This document shows positions 41,644 through 51,941 of a stretch of 64,000 bases of DNA, piece by piece. Position 1 is the stretch's first letter; each line of letters begins with the position of its first letter. The notes under the pieces were generated by a model that was not told the origin of the DNA, searched no databases, and saw only the letters and a list, made by a program, of their open reading frames with translations. The translations under genes were made by a program, and so were the position numbers. The stretch covers positions 1 to 64,000 of the forward strand of contig JAHQWL010000098.1 of NCBI GenBank assembly GCA_029856155.1, written 5' to 3'. This DNA comes from Promethearchaeia archaeon. GTDB taxonomy: Archaea; Asgardarchaeota; Lokiarchaeia; Sigyniarchaeales; SOKP01.

Positions 41644-43239
41644 ATGGCTCTTTGGAAAATAATTGCTAAAAACGAAATAAAGCTCAGAACTAATAAATTT
41701 CGAAATCATCGGGTATTTTTTTTCATTATATTGTACTCATTTTTCATATTTTGGGCTTTCTTCTTAGCTCCAATGCTTTTTGACTTATTTATGCCTACAT
41801 TGGCAGAAATTATTCCAGATATTAATTTAGCAGTCGCGTTAATTATTGAATATGTATTGATGGCTTTTTTTTTATCTGTTTTCATATATCCTTTAAACAG
41901 TATTTATAGGAAAATTGAAATTGGGTTCAAGGAAATAATACTAGCATCACCAGCAACACCAGGTGATATTTTCTTAGGTGAAATCATAGGAAAATTACCA
42001 ATTTATTTAGGGGGTGTTTTGCTTTTTACTCCAATAATAACAGGAATGCTCAACCCTATTATTAATTTGAGTCTAATTCAAAATATAATTATCTATGTTT
42101 GTGTTTTTGGATTAGTTTTATTTGCAACTTTATTAGGCTCCATTATTGCCGCATGGTTAGAGCATAAAATAGCTAAAAGTGATCGAGCAAAAGATTTGGG
42201 AAAAATACTGTTATTTCTCCTCTCTATTGCAATGGTTGCGATAGTGTATACTCTACAATTTTTATTTGAATATCTTATATCAAATCCTGAATTAAGGAAT
42301 TGGGTAATGTTCTATCCTTCTTTATGGTTTTCTAATATTATTTTATATTTTATTGACCCAAGCTTGATAAGTAGATATATTTTAAACATATGGTTTAGTG
42401 TAGCACTAGTCATAATTATTCCACTGATAATTTTCTTAGTTGCTTATAAAAAAGCAGAAACTTTTTTTAGTGTGGAAGGAGGTATAGAAAAAATATCCAC
42501 TGTGATAGAGCGAGAAAATGTTTTTTACAAATTAACTAGGAAATTATCGGGGCATAAATGGGAAGGATTAATTATAACTCAACTAAAGGAGTTTTTAAGA
42601 AGACGAGAAAGTATAATGAAGTTTGTATACTTAATAGGAATAGTGGGTGTTTTAGGAGTACTTTTCTCAACCTTAGGTTTGGATTATTTAATTGGTCAAT
42701 CAATATTAATTGCTATGATTATCATTATAGGTGGAATAATGTACGGGCTAATGTTTGGAAGTTATATATTTGTTGGAAGTAAAGACTTAATTTGGGTATA
42801 TAAAAGATCTCCTCGTAATATACATGCTTTGGTGTTTTCTTATCTTTTAGCAATGTTAATCTTTAATATATTAATAGCATTAGGTCTTACAATTTACTTT
42901 GCTTTCCTTCTCAAATTTGATCTTTTTAATTTTATATTTTTCTTTAGTTTCTATTTAATTAATAGTGAAGTAGTTATTTCTCAAGCAGTTGGAATCCAAT
43001 GCTTAAGCCCTGCTTTTGAGGAAAAAGGTAGTTCGATGACAGCAAATAATCTTTTTTTAATGGTTCTTCAATTGATACCTTACCAATTCGTACTCATGTT
43101 TATTATACTTGCTTTTGATGTGCCCACTTCTCCAATTTTAGCCAGATTCCACTATCTTATGCCTTTATTATTGATTTCTATTGCAAGTGCAATTCCCCTT
43201 TTAATTTTCGGATTAAGAAAGTTAAGTAAAATAGAGTAA
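41644..43239 (+). CDS. ABC-2-type permease
   Basis: Multi-TM protein directly after an ABC ATPase. Confidence 0.72.
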   Translation: MALWKIIAKNEIKLRTNKFRNHRVFFFIILYSFFIFWAFFLAPMLFDLFMPTLAEIIPDINLAVALIIEYVLMAFFLSVFIYPLNSIYRKIEIGFKEIILASPATPGDIFLGEIIGKLPIYLGGVLLFTPIITGMLNPIINLSLIQNIIIYVCVFGLVLFATLLGSIIAAWLEHKIAKSDRAKDLGKILLFLLSIAMVAIVYTLQFLFEYLISNPELRNWVMFYPSLWFSNIILYFIDPSLISRYILNIWFSVALVIIIPLIIFLVAYKKAETFFSVEGGIEKISTVIERENVFYKLTRKLSGHKWEGLIITQLKEFLRRRESIMKFVYLIGIVGVLGVLFSTLGLDYLIGQSILIAMIIIIGGIMYGLMFGSYIFVGSKDLIWVYKRSPRNIHALVFSYLLAMLIFNILIALGLTIYFAFLLKFDLFNFIFFFSFYLINSEVVISQAVGIQCLSPAFEEKGSSMTANNLFLMVLQLIPYQFVLMFIILAFDVPTSPILARFHYLMPLLLISIASAIPLLIFGLRKLSKIE

Positions 43240-43250
43240 AAAAAATTTTT

Positions 43251-44675
43251 TTATAAATTTTTAAGTGCAATTTTTTCTAATTCCCTATTTAAATGTTCAT
43301 CAATAGGAACTATGGAGGCTTTATCTAATAATTTAGAAGCTTGGTCTTTAGCCCTTCTTCTAACAGATTTAGAACCGTTCTGTTTCCAAGCATCACGCGT
43401 CATTCTATCTATTATTGGGCTTGGAAAGTATAATTCTTTTTTAAAATATTTCAGGGTTGATGGATGGGATAAAAGTTCTTCTTTATCTGCATAATCTTTT
43501 AGAATTTCTGAAGCAAAGGGAGATCCATGATCTTCAATACCTTGAATTAATCTTTTTACCATTCCTACTATTTCATTATCAATAATTAATTTCTCAATAC
43601 TTTGGGTTGATTCAAAATCAAGCATTCCAGGACCAGAGATCATGTTAATCCCTGCTAATCCTGCTAATAGAGCTCCCATGCCAGCTTCAAAACCTGCTTG
43701 ACCATCGGGTACTTTCGAATCACTTAAGCCCATATAAGCGTGTGTGGGTAATTTTAAGTATTTACCCATTTCAACATCTCCAAGATTTATCATCATCGTT
43801 TCTATTGCACCCATTGGCGTTGTTGCTGTCTTAACATCTAAGACAGCGGGAGAGCCCCCCCAAATTAACGGAGCCTCTCGTTTGGTTAACTGAACTATTA
43901 CAACCCCTGCAAGACATTCCGCACAGTGTTGAGTAATCGATCCGATCAAGGTGATTGGGGCACTAGCTCCAGCTAATGGCATTGAAACGAATTCAGAGGG
44001 GATCATACTTTTCGCTGCATCAATTAATGATTGTGTAGTTAGATCTGACCATTTAAGAGGGGGACTTGGACATGCATCAAATATTGCTAGTGGTTTTCTC
44101 GCTAAATCGTCTTCCGATGATCTACACGCCAGTAGAATTTCTCGCATGATCGAGAAACTTTCTTTTCGGAATGTTCCAGTAATGACAGGTTTATAACAAT
44201 TAGATAACGCGAGATATAATCTGTGCCAATCTTGAGCTTCTTTTGGTACATCGTTATAAATTAATGCTGTACTTTGAGCATCGATATATTTCAATTGCTC
44301 AACTACTTTTGAAAATCTAATGAAATCTTTTGATATAGCTTCTCTAATATCCCCGGTTTCCTCATCAAGTATGAAAATTGCAGCAGATCCGGGATCAAAA
44401 TTAACATTATCTTCCTTCAAGGTAATATGTTCATTACCCTCTCGATCATAAAGAGTAATTTCACTGGGTACAGTTTCTAAACATGTATTAATTAAATCTG
44501 GTGGGAGAAAATATCGTGAACCCTCATGATTTATACCATTTTGATTAAATAATTCAATTGCTTCCTGATTCTCTATAAATACTCCTTGGGTTTCGAGAAT
44601 CATTTTAGCTTCTTCCAAAATCATTTGTTTATGTTCTTCATCTAATATTTTTATCTTTGGTCTTAAAATTGGCAT
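43251..44675 (-). CDS. Trimethylamine methyltransferase (MttB) superfamily, non-pyrrolysine
   Basis: SPPLKW, GASAPITLIG, GLSDSKVPDGQAGFE, GPGMLDFE..IDNEI; no in-frame amber codon. Confidence 0.9.
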   Translation of the reverse strand: MPILRPKIKILDEEHKQMILEEAKMILETQGVFIENQEAIELFNQNGINHEGSRYFLPPDLINTCLETVPSEITLYDREGNEHITLKEDNVNFDPGSAAIFILDEETGDIREAISKDFIRFSKVVEQLKYIDAQSTALIYNDVPKEAQDWHRLYLALSNCYKPVITGTFRKESFSIMREILLACRSSEDDLARKPLAIFDACPSPPLKWSDLTTQSLIDAAKSMIPSEFVSMPLAGASAPITLIGSITQHCAECLAGVVIVQLTKREAPLIWGGSPAVLDVKTATTPMGAIETMMINLGDVEMGKYLKLPTHAYMGLSDSKVPDGQAGFEAGMGALLAGLAGINMISGPGMLDFESTQSIEKLIIDNEIVGMVKRLIQGIEDHGSPFASEILKDYADKEELLSHPSTLKYFKKELYFPSPIIDRMTRDAWKQNGSKSVRRRAKDQASKLLDKASIVPIDEHLNRELEKIALKNL

Positions 44676-44703
44676 TTATTTTTACTCCTGATCTTATTTG
44701 TTA

Positions 44704-45582
44704 TTAGAGTGAATTAATAATTTTGCGGATTTCCTTAATTGTTTTTGGAGATGTACCACAACAACCCCCTACAATTTTAGCTCCAAATTCGATCATTTCA
44801 CGAATGTCATTAGCAAAATCTTCTACGGGTTGTTCATAATAAGTTTTACCACTTTTAACAACGGGCTGACCCGCATTAGGTTTTATAGATAGAGGTTTAT
44901 TAGTAAAATTTTTAGCTGTCTTTAGTAATTCAAGCATATCCTTAGATCCCAACGTACAATTTGCTCCAATTACATCAACGTTTTCATTATTCAATGCTTC
45001 TATACATTTTTCTAATGAATCTCCCATAATAGTAAAAAAACCCCTTTTAGTCATTTTATAAGTGATTGATGCAATTAACGGTTTTTCAGAAACATCTCGT
45101 ACTGCTTTTATTGCTGCTAACATTTCTTCAAGATCTGAAATTGTCTCAATATGCCAAAGATCAACCCCTTTTTCTAACAATTTTGCTTGGATCGAAAAAC
45201 TAGAGTACCATTGATCCCTAGAGGCATTTCCTACTGGTGGTCTAAATTCGCCCGTTGGGCCAATATCTCCTACAATTAAGCCTCCAAGAGGACGAACTAT
45301 TTTGATATTTTCTAAAGCATTATCGATAATCTCTTCAATTCGATTTTCAAGATTGTGATGAGATAAGTTCAAAGGAGTTGAACCAAAAGTATTGGTCTGA
45401 CACATATCTGAACCTGCATTATAATATGATTGATGGATTTCAGAGATTACATCTGGCTGTTCAATATTTAAAATATCTGGAATTTTTCCGGATTCTAATC
45501 CTCTTTTGATAAGTTCACTCCCAAATCCACCATCAAAAAGCACGATCTTAGAATCATCCTTTAACCAATCATGGAATGTCAT
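44704..45582 (-). CDS. Homocysteine S-methyltransferase domain protein (MetH N-terminal module)
   Basis: FDGGFGS, TNTFG, IETISD, GANC, PNAG, GGCCGT. Confidence 0.9.
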   Translation of the reverse strand: MTFHDWLKDDSKIVLFDGGFGSELIKRGLESGKIPDILNIEQPDVISEIHQSYYNAGSDMCQTNTFGSTPLNLSHHNLENRIEEIIDNALENIKIVRPLGGLIVGDIGPTGEFRPPVGNASRDQWYSSFSIQAKLLEKGVDLWHIETISDLEEMLAAIKAVRDVSEKPLIASITYKMTKRGFFTIMGDSLEKCIEALNNENVDVIGANCTLGSKDMLELLKTAKNFTNKPLSIKPNAGQPVVKSGKTYYEQPVEDFANDIREMIEFGAKIVGGCCGTSPKTIKEIRKIINSL

Positions 45583-45611
45583 TTTATCATCCTCTATGAA
45601 TAAAATAATTT

Positions 45612-46259
45612 TTATTTATCTAAAAGAGATTTAACTAATCTGACAGCATCAATAGCATTTTCAGCAAAACCATCAGCACTGCATTCTTCTACCCAAGAAT
45701 TTGTTACAGCAGCGCCACCTAGAATTACTTTGAATTTGTTAGCTAGATTTTTTTCTCTTAAGAGTTCAATAACTTTTTTCTGACCAGTCATAGTGGTTGT
45801 TAATAGAGCAGAAACTCCAATGATATCTGCTTTTTTTTCAATAGCTTCTTCTATAATTTTTTCAACAGGAACATCAGCTCCTAAATCGAAAACCTCATAC
45901 CCGTAAGCTCTTAACATTGTCGCTACTATTGTTTTTCCAATTGAATGAATATCACCCTCGATGGTAGCTATTACAACAACCCCAAGGGATATTTTTTCAG
46001 ATGCGTCATGAAGATAAGGAATTATCAACTCCAAACAATTTTGCATTATTTGAGCACCTCGCATTAATTCCGGTAAGAAGAATTCACCTTCTTCCCATAA
46101 CTCTCCAACTTTCCGAATTCCCGCTGCAAATCCCTTTTCAATGACTTCAAGCAATTTCATTTTTTCCCTAACGGCTTTATTTGCATATTCAATAGCTTTT
46201 TCTTCATCTAAATTTACTATAGCATCTGATATATCATTATAAAAATTCTCTTTTGACAC
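45612..46259 (-). CDS. Corrinoid (B12-binding) methyltransferase protein
   Basis: GEFFLPEL cap, GDIHSIGK, SALLTTT, ILGGA. Confidence 0.92.
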   Translation of the reverse strand: MSKENFYNDISDAIVNLDEEKAIEYANKAVREKMKLLEVIEKGFAAGIRKVGELWEEGEFFLPELMRGAQIMQNCLELIIPYLHDASEKISLGVVVIATIEGDIHSIGKTIVATMLRAYGYEVFDLGADVPVEKIIEEAIEKKADIIGVSALLTTTMTGQKKVIELLREKNLANKFKVILGGAAVTNSWVEECSADGFAENAIDAVRLVKSLLDK

Positions 46260-46412
46260 TTAAATCTCTCCAAAAAATTTGTTAAATCACAATTAAAATA
46301 TTATTTATTTACATTTAATAAATTAGAAAAACCTTATTGTTGAATAGAAAAAAATATTTGCTAACTTTCTTTTTAAAATTTAGTTTATAATTAATAAAAT
46401 TCAAGTGATTTG

Positions 46413-47777
46413 ATGTCAATGAAGTTTTCAAAAGAACCCATTAGAGGTATGGATGATTACTATCCTTCAGATTTACGTGAAGTTAATTGGATAATTGAAA
46501 CTATAAGGGATATAACAGAAAGATATGGTTATGAAGAATATTTAACTCCACAAATAGAACCCGTTGAAATTTTTGCTGCAAAATCTTCTGATGAATTAGT
46601 TAATGAACAATCATTCATTGTTGAAAAAAAAGAAGGGGAAAGACTTATTTTAATCCCAGAACTTACTCCTTCTTTAGCTCGGATGGTTGCTAAAAAAAGT
46701 CAAGAATTAAAAAAACCTATTCGGTGGTTTTCTGTTCCAACATGCTTTAGATATGAAAGACCCCAAAGAGGTCGACGTCGCGCTTTTTTTCAACCTAATG
46801 TAGATATATTAGGTGAGGAAAGTCTTTATGCTGATCTCGAAATATTTAACATAATTATAGATATATTCACTGAATTTGGAGCTACAGCAGAACAATTTCA
46901 AATTTATTATAATAGTCGAAGATTCATGGATTCAGTTAGTACTTTTATACTTGAAATAGATATAAACAAAATACCTTTAGTTTATAAGGCTTTAGATAAA
47001 TCTGATAAGATGGATGAAGAAGAATTTGAAAAATACTTAATTGATACATTTCAGGATGAACTAATCATCCAAGGTATTTTTAAATTAAAAGATGCGAAAA
47101 GTGTTGATGAATTATTAAGAAAATTTGATAATATTCCTGAAGAATTTTATCAATCTGAAGGGTATCTCGAGATAACTAATTTCAACCGACTATTAAAGGA
47201 AGTTAATCTTTCTAATTATTGTACGTTTTCTTCTGGGACCGTGAGAGGCCTTGATTATTATACTGGAATTATTTATGAGGTTTTTGATACTGGAAAAGAA
47301 AATATAAGAAGTATTTTCGGAGGAGGCCGATATGATGATTTATTATCAATCTTTTCAGAAGAAAAAATAACTGGAACTGGATTTGGCATGGGAGTTTACA
47401 CACTTTCTTTATTCTTGAAAACCTATAGTTTAGTTCCAAATGATATCAAAGAAAAAGATTATAGTGATACAATCTATATAGCATCTATAAATGAAGATAT
47501 GTCAACTTATGCTTTTGAGCTTGCTAGAATCATCCGAGATGAAGATTTTCCGTGCATAATAGATTATAGATTTAAAAATCTAAAAAATCAGCTGAAAAGA
47601 GCTAATGACTTGGGAGTTATTATTGTATTAATCATTGGACCTGAAGAATTGACAGAAAGAACAATTACTATTAGGAACATGGTCTCTGAAGAACAAAAAA
47701 CCGTTGATTTAGATGAATTGATAAATGAAATTTACGATATCATAGATCAATTTGGCAATAACCAATTTGACCAATAA
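46413..47777 (+). CDS. hisS: Histidine--tRNA ligase
   Basis: RGMDD, PELTPSLAR, FRYERPQRGR, RGLDYYTG, GGGRYDDL, GFGMG. Confidence 0.95.
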   Translation: MSMKFSKEPIRGMDDYYPSDLREVNWIIETIRDITERYGYEEYLTPQIEPVEIFAAKSSDELVNEQSFIVEKKEGERLILIPELTPSLARMVAKKSQELKKPIRWFSVPTCFRYERPQRGRRRAFFQPNVDILGEESLYADLEIFNIIIDIFTEFGATAEQFQIYYNSRRFMDSVSTFILEIDINKIPLVYKALDKSDKMDEEEFEKYLIDTFQDELIIQGIFKLKDAKSVDELLRKFDNIPEEFYQSEGYLEITNFNRLLKEVNLSNYCTFSSGTVRGLDYYTGIIYEVFDTGKENIRSIFGGGRYDDLLSIFSEEKITGTGFGMGVYTLSLFLKTYSLVPNDIKEKDYSDTIYIASINEDMSTYAFELARIIRDEDFPCIIDYRFKNLKNQLKRANDLGVIIVLIIGPEELTERTITIRNMVSEEQKTVDLDELINEIYDIIDQFGNNQFDQ

Positions 47778-47858
47778 AAATTTTATTTTATAGGCTATTT
47801 AGATTATCCGACCAAAAAAATTTCAAATTTAATTAACAATAAGGTTTTTAATTAAAAT

Positions 47859-48335
47859 ATGAGAAAAATTAATATTCCTAATTATGGAATAATTACAATA
47901 AAGAACCTATTATTTGATATAAACGGGACATTGCAATTTCAAGGGAAGATCTCACCAGATTTAATAATAAAATTTGAAGACTTAAAAAAAATATACAAGA
48001 TTTATTTAATTTCAGCAGATACTAGAGGAAACTTAAACGAGATTGCTGAAACATTAGATGTAGACTATATCAAAATTAAACCGCAAGGAATTACGGAGGC
48101 TGAAGCGAAAAATAATGAATTAATAAGGTTAGGAAAAAATGTTACGGTTGCAGTAGGCAATGGCAACAATGACGCTTTAATGCTTAAAAATTCGGTTATA
48201 GGAATAATTATAATAGGTAATGAAGGAGCATCAATCAAAAGTATTATGAATAGTGACGTAGCTCTCCCAAGTCCATTAAGTGCGTTAAATTTTCTATTAG
48301 ATGAAAAAATTATGATAGCGACCCTTAGATCATGA
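47859..48335 (+). CDS. HAD family hydrolase (soluble P-type ATPase-like)
   Basis: FDINGT, SADTRG, VGNGNND. Confidence 0.85.
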   Translation: MRKINIPNYGIITIKNLLFDINGTLQFQGKISPDLIIKFEDLKKIYKIYLISADTRGNLNEIAETLDVDYIKIKPQGITEAEAKNNELIRLGKNVTVAVGNGNNDALMLKNSVIGIIIIGNEGASIKSIMNSDVALPSPLSALNFLLDEKIMIATLRS

Positions 48336-48510
48336 TTTCATTCATAATAGTAATATCTAATGTGTTTATCTCAGTTTAAATACTTTTTTTATCACTATAA
48401 GTGTCATTTTCAATTTCTTTTAAAACAATTTCTTTCCTTAATTGATGGAATATTTGTTTCAAAAATGGGCTCTAAAGAAAATTATATGAAATTAAAAAGG
48501 ATCAAGGAAG

Positions 48511-48843
48511 AATGAATCTGCAATCAATACAGATTTTAAATTTATTACCAAAAGTGCAGGTGAAGGAAGTAAAGTTGTTTTTGATTATATATATCAATCA
48601 TTTCTTGAAGACCAGAATTCTTATTATGGAGAACGAGAAATTTATCAAAGGGTCAAAAAAAATGGTGAAAGCTGGACATTTGGAATAGCTAGGGGAGATA
48701 TAGACAATTTTCTTCAACAACGAGGACTAGAATTAATTGAACAAATGGATTCCCATAGGTTAGAAGAGAAGTATTTTCAGGACAAAAACAGCAATATTGT
48801 GGGTAAAGTAAATGGAACACATTATAGTTTATGCAAAAATTAA
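48511..48843 (+). pseudogene. C-terminal remnant of an LCM/TIGR00027-type SAM methyltransferase
   Basis: Start-less open frame ..GEGSKVVFDYIY..GESWTFGI...FLQQRGL. Confidence 0.55.
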
Positions 48844-49063
48844 AGATTAAACTTTTGTGAATTATATCGATATCTGAATGCTTATCCGATATGGTTTTAA
48901 AAATCTTATTGATAATGTGCACAAATTCTAAAAAACATAAGTATATTAAAATAGGTTTTACAAATTATTAATTATTAAAATGCAATGAATGCTATCTATT
49001 ATTTTAATTAATGGAAAAATATGAAATAAAAAATAGATTAAAAAATAAAGAATTGAAGAAATT

Positions 49064-49465
49064 ATGGTTTCTGAACAAATATGGAAAAAAATATGGTTAT
49101 TTTTAGGGATTGTTTTTATAGTAATATCAAGCTTTATGATATTTTTTGCTCCATTACTTGCTTTAATAACAGGAACAAAACCGTTCTCTGATCGTGCTCG
49201 AGCGATGATAAATTTTTTCTGGATTTGGATGTTTATATATAATGGATTAGGGTTCTTACTCCTTTATAAGGATACTGAAAAATATAAAATTTTATTAATT
49301 TTGGCGATTCCAGCAGGAATTACATTTACAACTCTTCAGACTATTTATATTATAATTGGATATTTTGAATTTGTTTTATCTGAAATAATTTGGGCAGTGA
49401 GTTCCTTAATATGGTCAATAATATCTATTTTATATTTTTTCGATAAAAAAAAAAAAGACACTTGA
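49064..49465 (+). CDS. Small 4-TM membrane protein
   Basis: 133 aa, four hydrophobic segments. Confidence 0.7.
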   Translation: MVSEQIWKKIWLFLGIVFIVISSFMIFFAPLLALITGTKPFSDRARAMINFFWIWMFIYNGLGFLLLYKDTEKYKILLILAIPAGITFTTLQTIYIIIGYFEFVLSEIIWAVSSLIWSIISILYFFDKKKKDT

Positions 49466-50205
49466 TGGTGCTAATTGTCATTAAAAACAAACGCAAATTT
49501 GTACAGATTGGATTTACAAATTGTTATTTATTAAAATGTAATGGAGGGTATCTCCTTATCGATGTCGGATATCCTGAAGATTATGAAAAATTCGTTCAAA
49601 AATTAAAAAAGAAATTCAATATTGATATATCAGAAATAAAATATCTGCTTCTCACACATCATCATGATGACCATGCCGGATTTGCTACCGAGCTTTTAAA
49701 AAATACAAAAGCTAAATTAATAGTTCATGAAAAGACTCTCAAAAGACTAAAAATGGGAGCCTCCGAAGAAGAATCAAGACCTATTAACAGAAGAATTAAA
49801 GCAATTTTAGGAATTTTTAGCCGTTTTCATGAATTCAAATTTCCCCCTGTTATTCCAACTGATAAAGATATTATTATAAGAGGCTCTGAAGATAATACTG
49901 ATATTTTAAAAAATCTTGGTATTGAGGGAATAATTATTCCCACCCCCGGACATACAAAAGACGGAATTTCAGTCATTTTATCTGATGGTTCTGTTTTTCC
50001 TGGGGATAATACCATGAATGCGTGGTATTTCAACATTTTCGGAATAAAAAAACGCCCAATTTACGTTCAAGATTTTATATTAATTCTTAATAGTTGGGAA
50101 AAATACATCGAGCTTGGTGGAAAAAAAGTGTATCCTGCCCATGGTAAAGCTTTTGATATCAAAAAATTACAGAAAAACCTTAAAACATTTAGTAAAAATT
50201 ACTAA
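49462..50205 (+). CDS. MBL-fold metallo-hydrolase
   Basis: LIDVG, THHHDDHAG, TPGHT, GD, YPAHG. Confidence 0.9.
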   Translation: MMVLIVIKNKRKFVQIGFTNCYLLKCNGGYLLIDVGYPEDYEKFVQKLKKKFNIDISEIKYLLLTHHHDDHAGFATELLKNTKAKLIVHEKTLKRLKMGASEEESRPINRRIKAILGIFSRFHEFKFPPVIPTDKDIIIRGSEDNTDILKNLGIEGIIIPTPGHTKDGISVILSDGSVFPGDNTMNAWYFNIFGIKKRPIYVQDFILILNSWEKYIELGGKKVYPAHGKAFDIKKLQKNLKTFSKNY

Positions 50206-50247
50206 AAATAGTTGTTTCTGTATAAATTAATAAGTCAAAACATAAGA

Positions 50248-50385
50248 TTGAGTAAATTAGATAATATATTACATATTATTGCAAGTCACCATAATTTAAA
50301 AGAATGGGGTTCTCCAATACAACCAAATTCAATTGAAGCTTGGATAATACACTATGCTGAGAATATCTCTGCAAAAATTGGATAG
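50248..50385 (+). pseudogene. Remnant of a YhaM/Cbf-like HD-domain nuclease
   Basis: ILHIIASHHNLKEWGSPIQPNSIEAWIIHYAENISAK matches the SHH..E(Y/W)GSP..P...EA..H..D pattern. Confidence 0.6.
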
Positions 50386-50563
50386 ATTTTTAGAGGTATA
50401 AAAAGGAATTAATTTTTAATTCAAAAAGGATCTTATGATTCAATAAAAACTAATTGTACAATCATTTAAATTTGATAAAATAAGAAATAAGAAAAATTAT
50501 ATACTTGAATAATACTTTAAGTATATAAGAAATAAAATAAATTTAAACAAAATAAAAATTATT

Positions 50564-50905
50564 ATGAAAACGAGAAATTTGCAAAAATGGGAGAAGTTTG
50601 AAAGCGAGATATGCAAATTTTTGGGTATGGATCATATTGACGGGTCTTGAAAGCCCGATTGTAAAAATCCAAATGATCCAACTGAAATAGCGGAAGCAAA
50701 AAGTTATAGTAGAAATTTCAATGCTTATGACTTAAAGAGAGAATTAAAAAACGCAAAAAATCATGGTGGAAAGAAGATACGGATTATAGTAAAACATGAA
50801 TGCACTGAAAATACCAAAAAATTAGCTGAGCAATTACCAGAAGTAATTCTTAGGTGTAATTGCAATGACCTTTTTAAAATAAGAAGACAAACACTTCATA
50901 ATTAA
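50564..50905 (+). pseudogene. Small Mrr-like PD-(D/E)xK nuclease with in-frame TGA (50648-50650)
   Basis: MKTRNLQKWEKFESEICKFLGMDHIDGS*KPDC...IAEAKSY...; 113 codons before the terminal TAA. Confidence 0.5.
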
Positions 50906-50953
50906 AGAGAAGAGGGATTGTAACTTGATTTTATCATTTATTTTTAAAACTTG

Positions 50954-50994
50954 TCTCATTTATTATTGCAAAGTTCTCATTTATTATTGAAAGT
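50954..50994. repeat. Tandem 21/20-bp direct repeat upstream of pyrF
   Basis: TCTCATTTATTATTGCAAAGT followed by TCTCATTTATTATTG-AAAGT. Confidence 0.8.
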
Positions 50995-51016
50995 TACACA
51001 TTAATCTTTACTAATC

Positions 51017-51937
51017 ATGAATTTTATCGAAGATTTAATTCAATTAATAAAAGAAAAAAAAAGTGTTGTTAGTATGGGACTTGATCCCAGATTGGATAAT
51101 GAGGGTGAAATTCCCCAATACTTAATTGAAGAAATAAAGGATCCAAATAAGATCATAATTGAATTTAATAAAATTTTGATTGAAAATACTTATGATTTAA
51201 TACCTGTCATTAAACCCCAAATAGCGTTCTATGAAAGATATGAAGCCTTAGACGCTCTAAAAGAAACTATAAAATTTGCACATAATAATGATTTATTAGT
51301 AATTTTAGATGCGAAGCGAAATGATATTGGAAGTACATCTGAAGCGTATGCTTACTCCTTATTTAAAAATCTCAATGCCGATGCCTGTACTATTAATGCA
51401 TATTTGGGTTTTGATGGAGTTAAACCTTTTTTAGAATATAAAGAAAAAGGTGTCTTCATCCTTGTAAAAACATCAAACCCCAGCAGTGCAGAATTTCAAG
51501 ATTTATTTAGTATAAGATTAGATGAGATTCCTAATGATATTATGGAGTATAAAGTAGAGAATAGGATTTTAAAGAGGAATTATCTTCAGCTTGCTGAGCT
51601 TATACATGATTGGAGTAAGAATTTAATACAATTTTCTAATTTCACTAATTTAGGTGTTGTTGTTGGGGCAACTTATCCTCGGGAATTAAAAAAAGTGCGA
51701 GAAATTGTAAAAAATTCTTTCATATTAATACCTGGCTACGGTGCTCAAGGTGCTCAAGCGAAGGACATTAAAAATGGTTTTTATAAGAGTGGATTAGGCG
51801 GAATTGTAAACTCTTCAAGAAGCATAATTTATGCATATCATAAAAATAAAAATTATTCTCAAGAGAACTTTGGAAAAGCCGCTAGAGATGAGATAATTGA
51901 AATGAGTAAGAAAATCAACAGAGAAATAATGAATTAA
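51017..51937 (+). CDS. pyrF: Orotidine-5'-phosphate decarboxylase
   Basis: GLDP, KPQIAFYE, DAKRNDIGST, KTSNP, VVGATYP, IPGYGAQG, NSSR. Confidence 0.95.
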   Translation: MNFIEDLIQLIKEKKSVVSMGLDPRLDNEGEIPQYLIEEIKDPNKIIIEFNKILIENTYDLIPVIKPQIAFYERYEALDALKETIKFAHNNDLLVILDAKRNDIGSTSEAYAYSLFKNLNADACTINAYLGFDGVKPFLEYKEKGVFILVKTSNPSSAEFQDLFSIRLDEIPNDIMEYKVENRILKRNYLQLAELIHDWSKNLIQFSNFTNLGVVVGATYPRELKKVREIVKNSFILIPGYGAQGAQAKDIKNGFYKSGLGGIVNSSRSIIYAYHKNKNYSQENFGKAARDEIIEMSKKINREIMN

Positions 51938-51941
51938 TTCG

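Noticed and set aside
50640-50663. Possible intron around TGA 50648
   Set aside because: The central helix has two mismatches, and removal deletes the putative catalytic PD.
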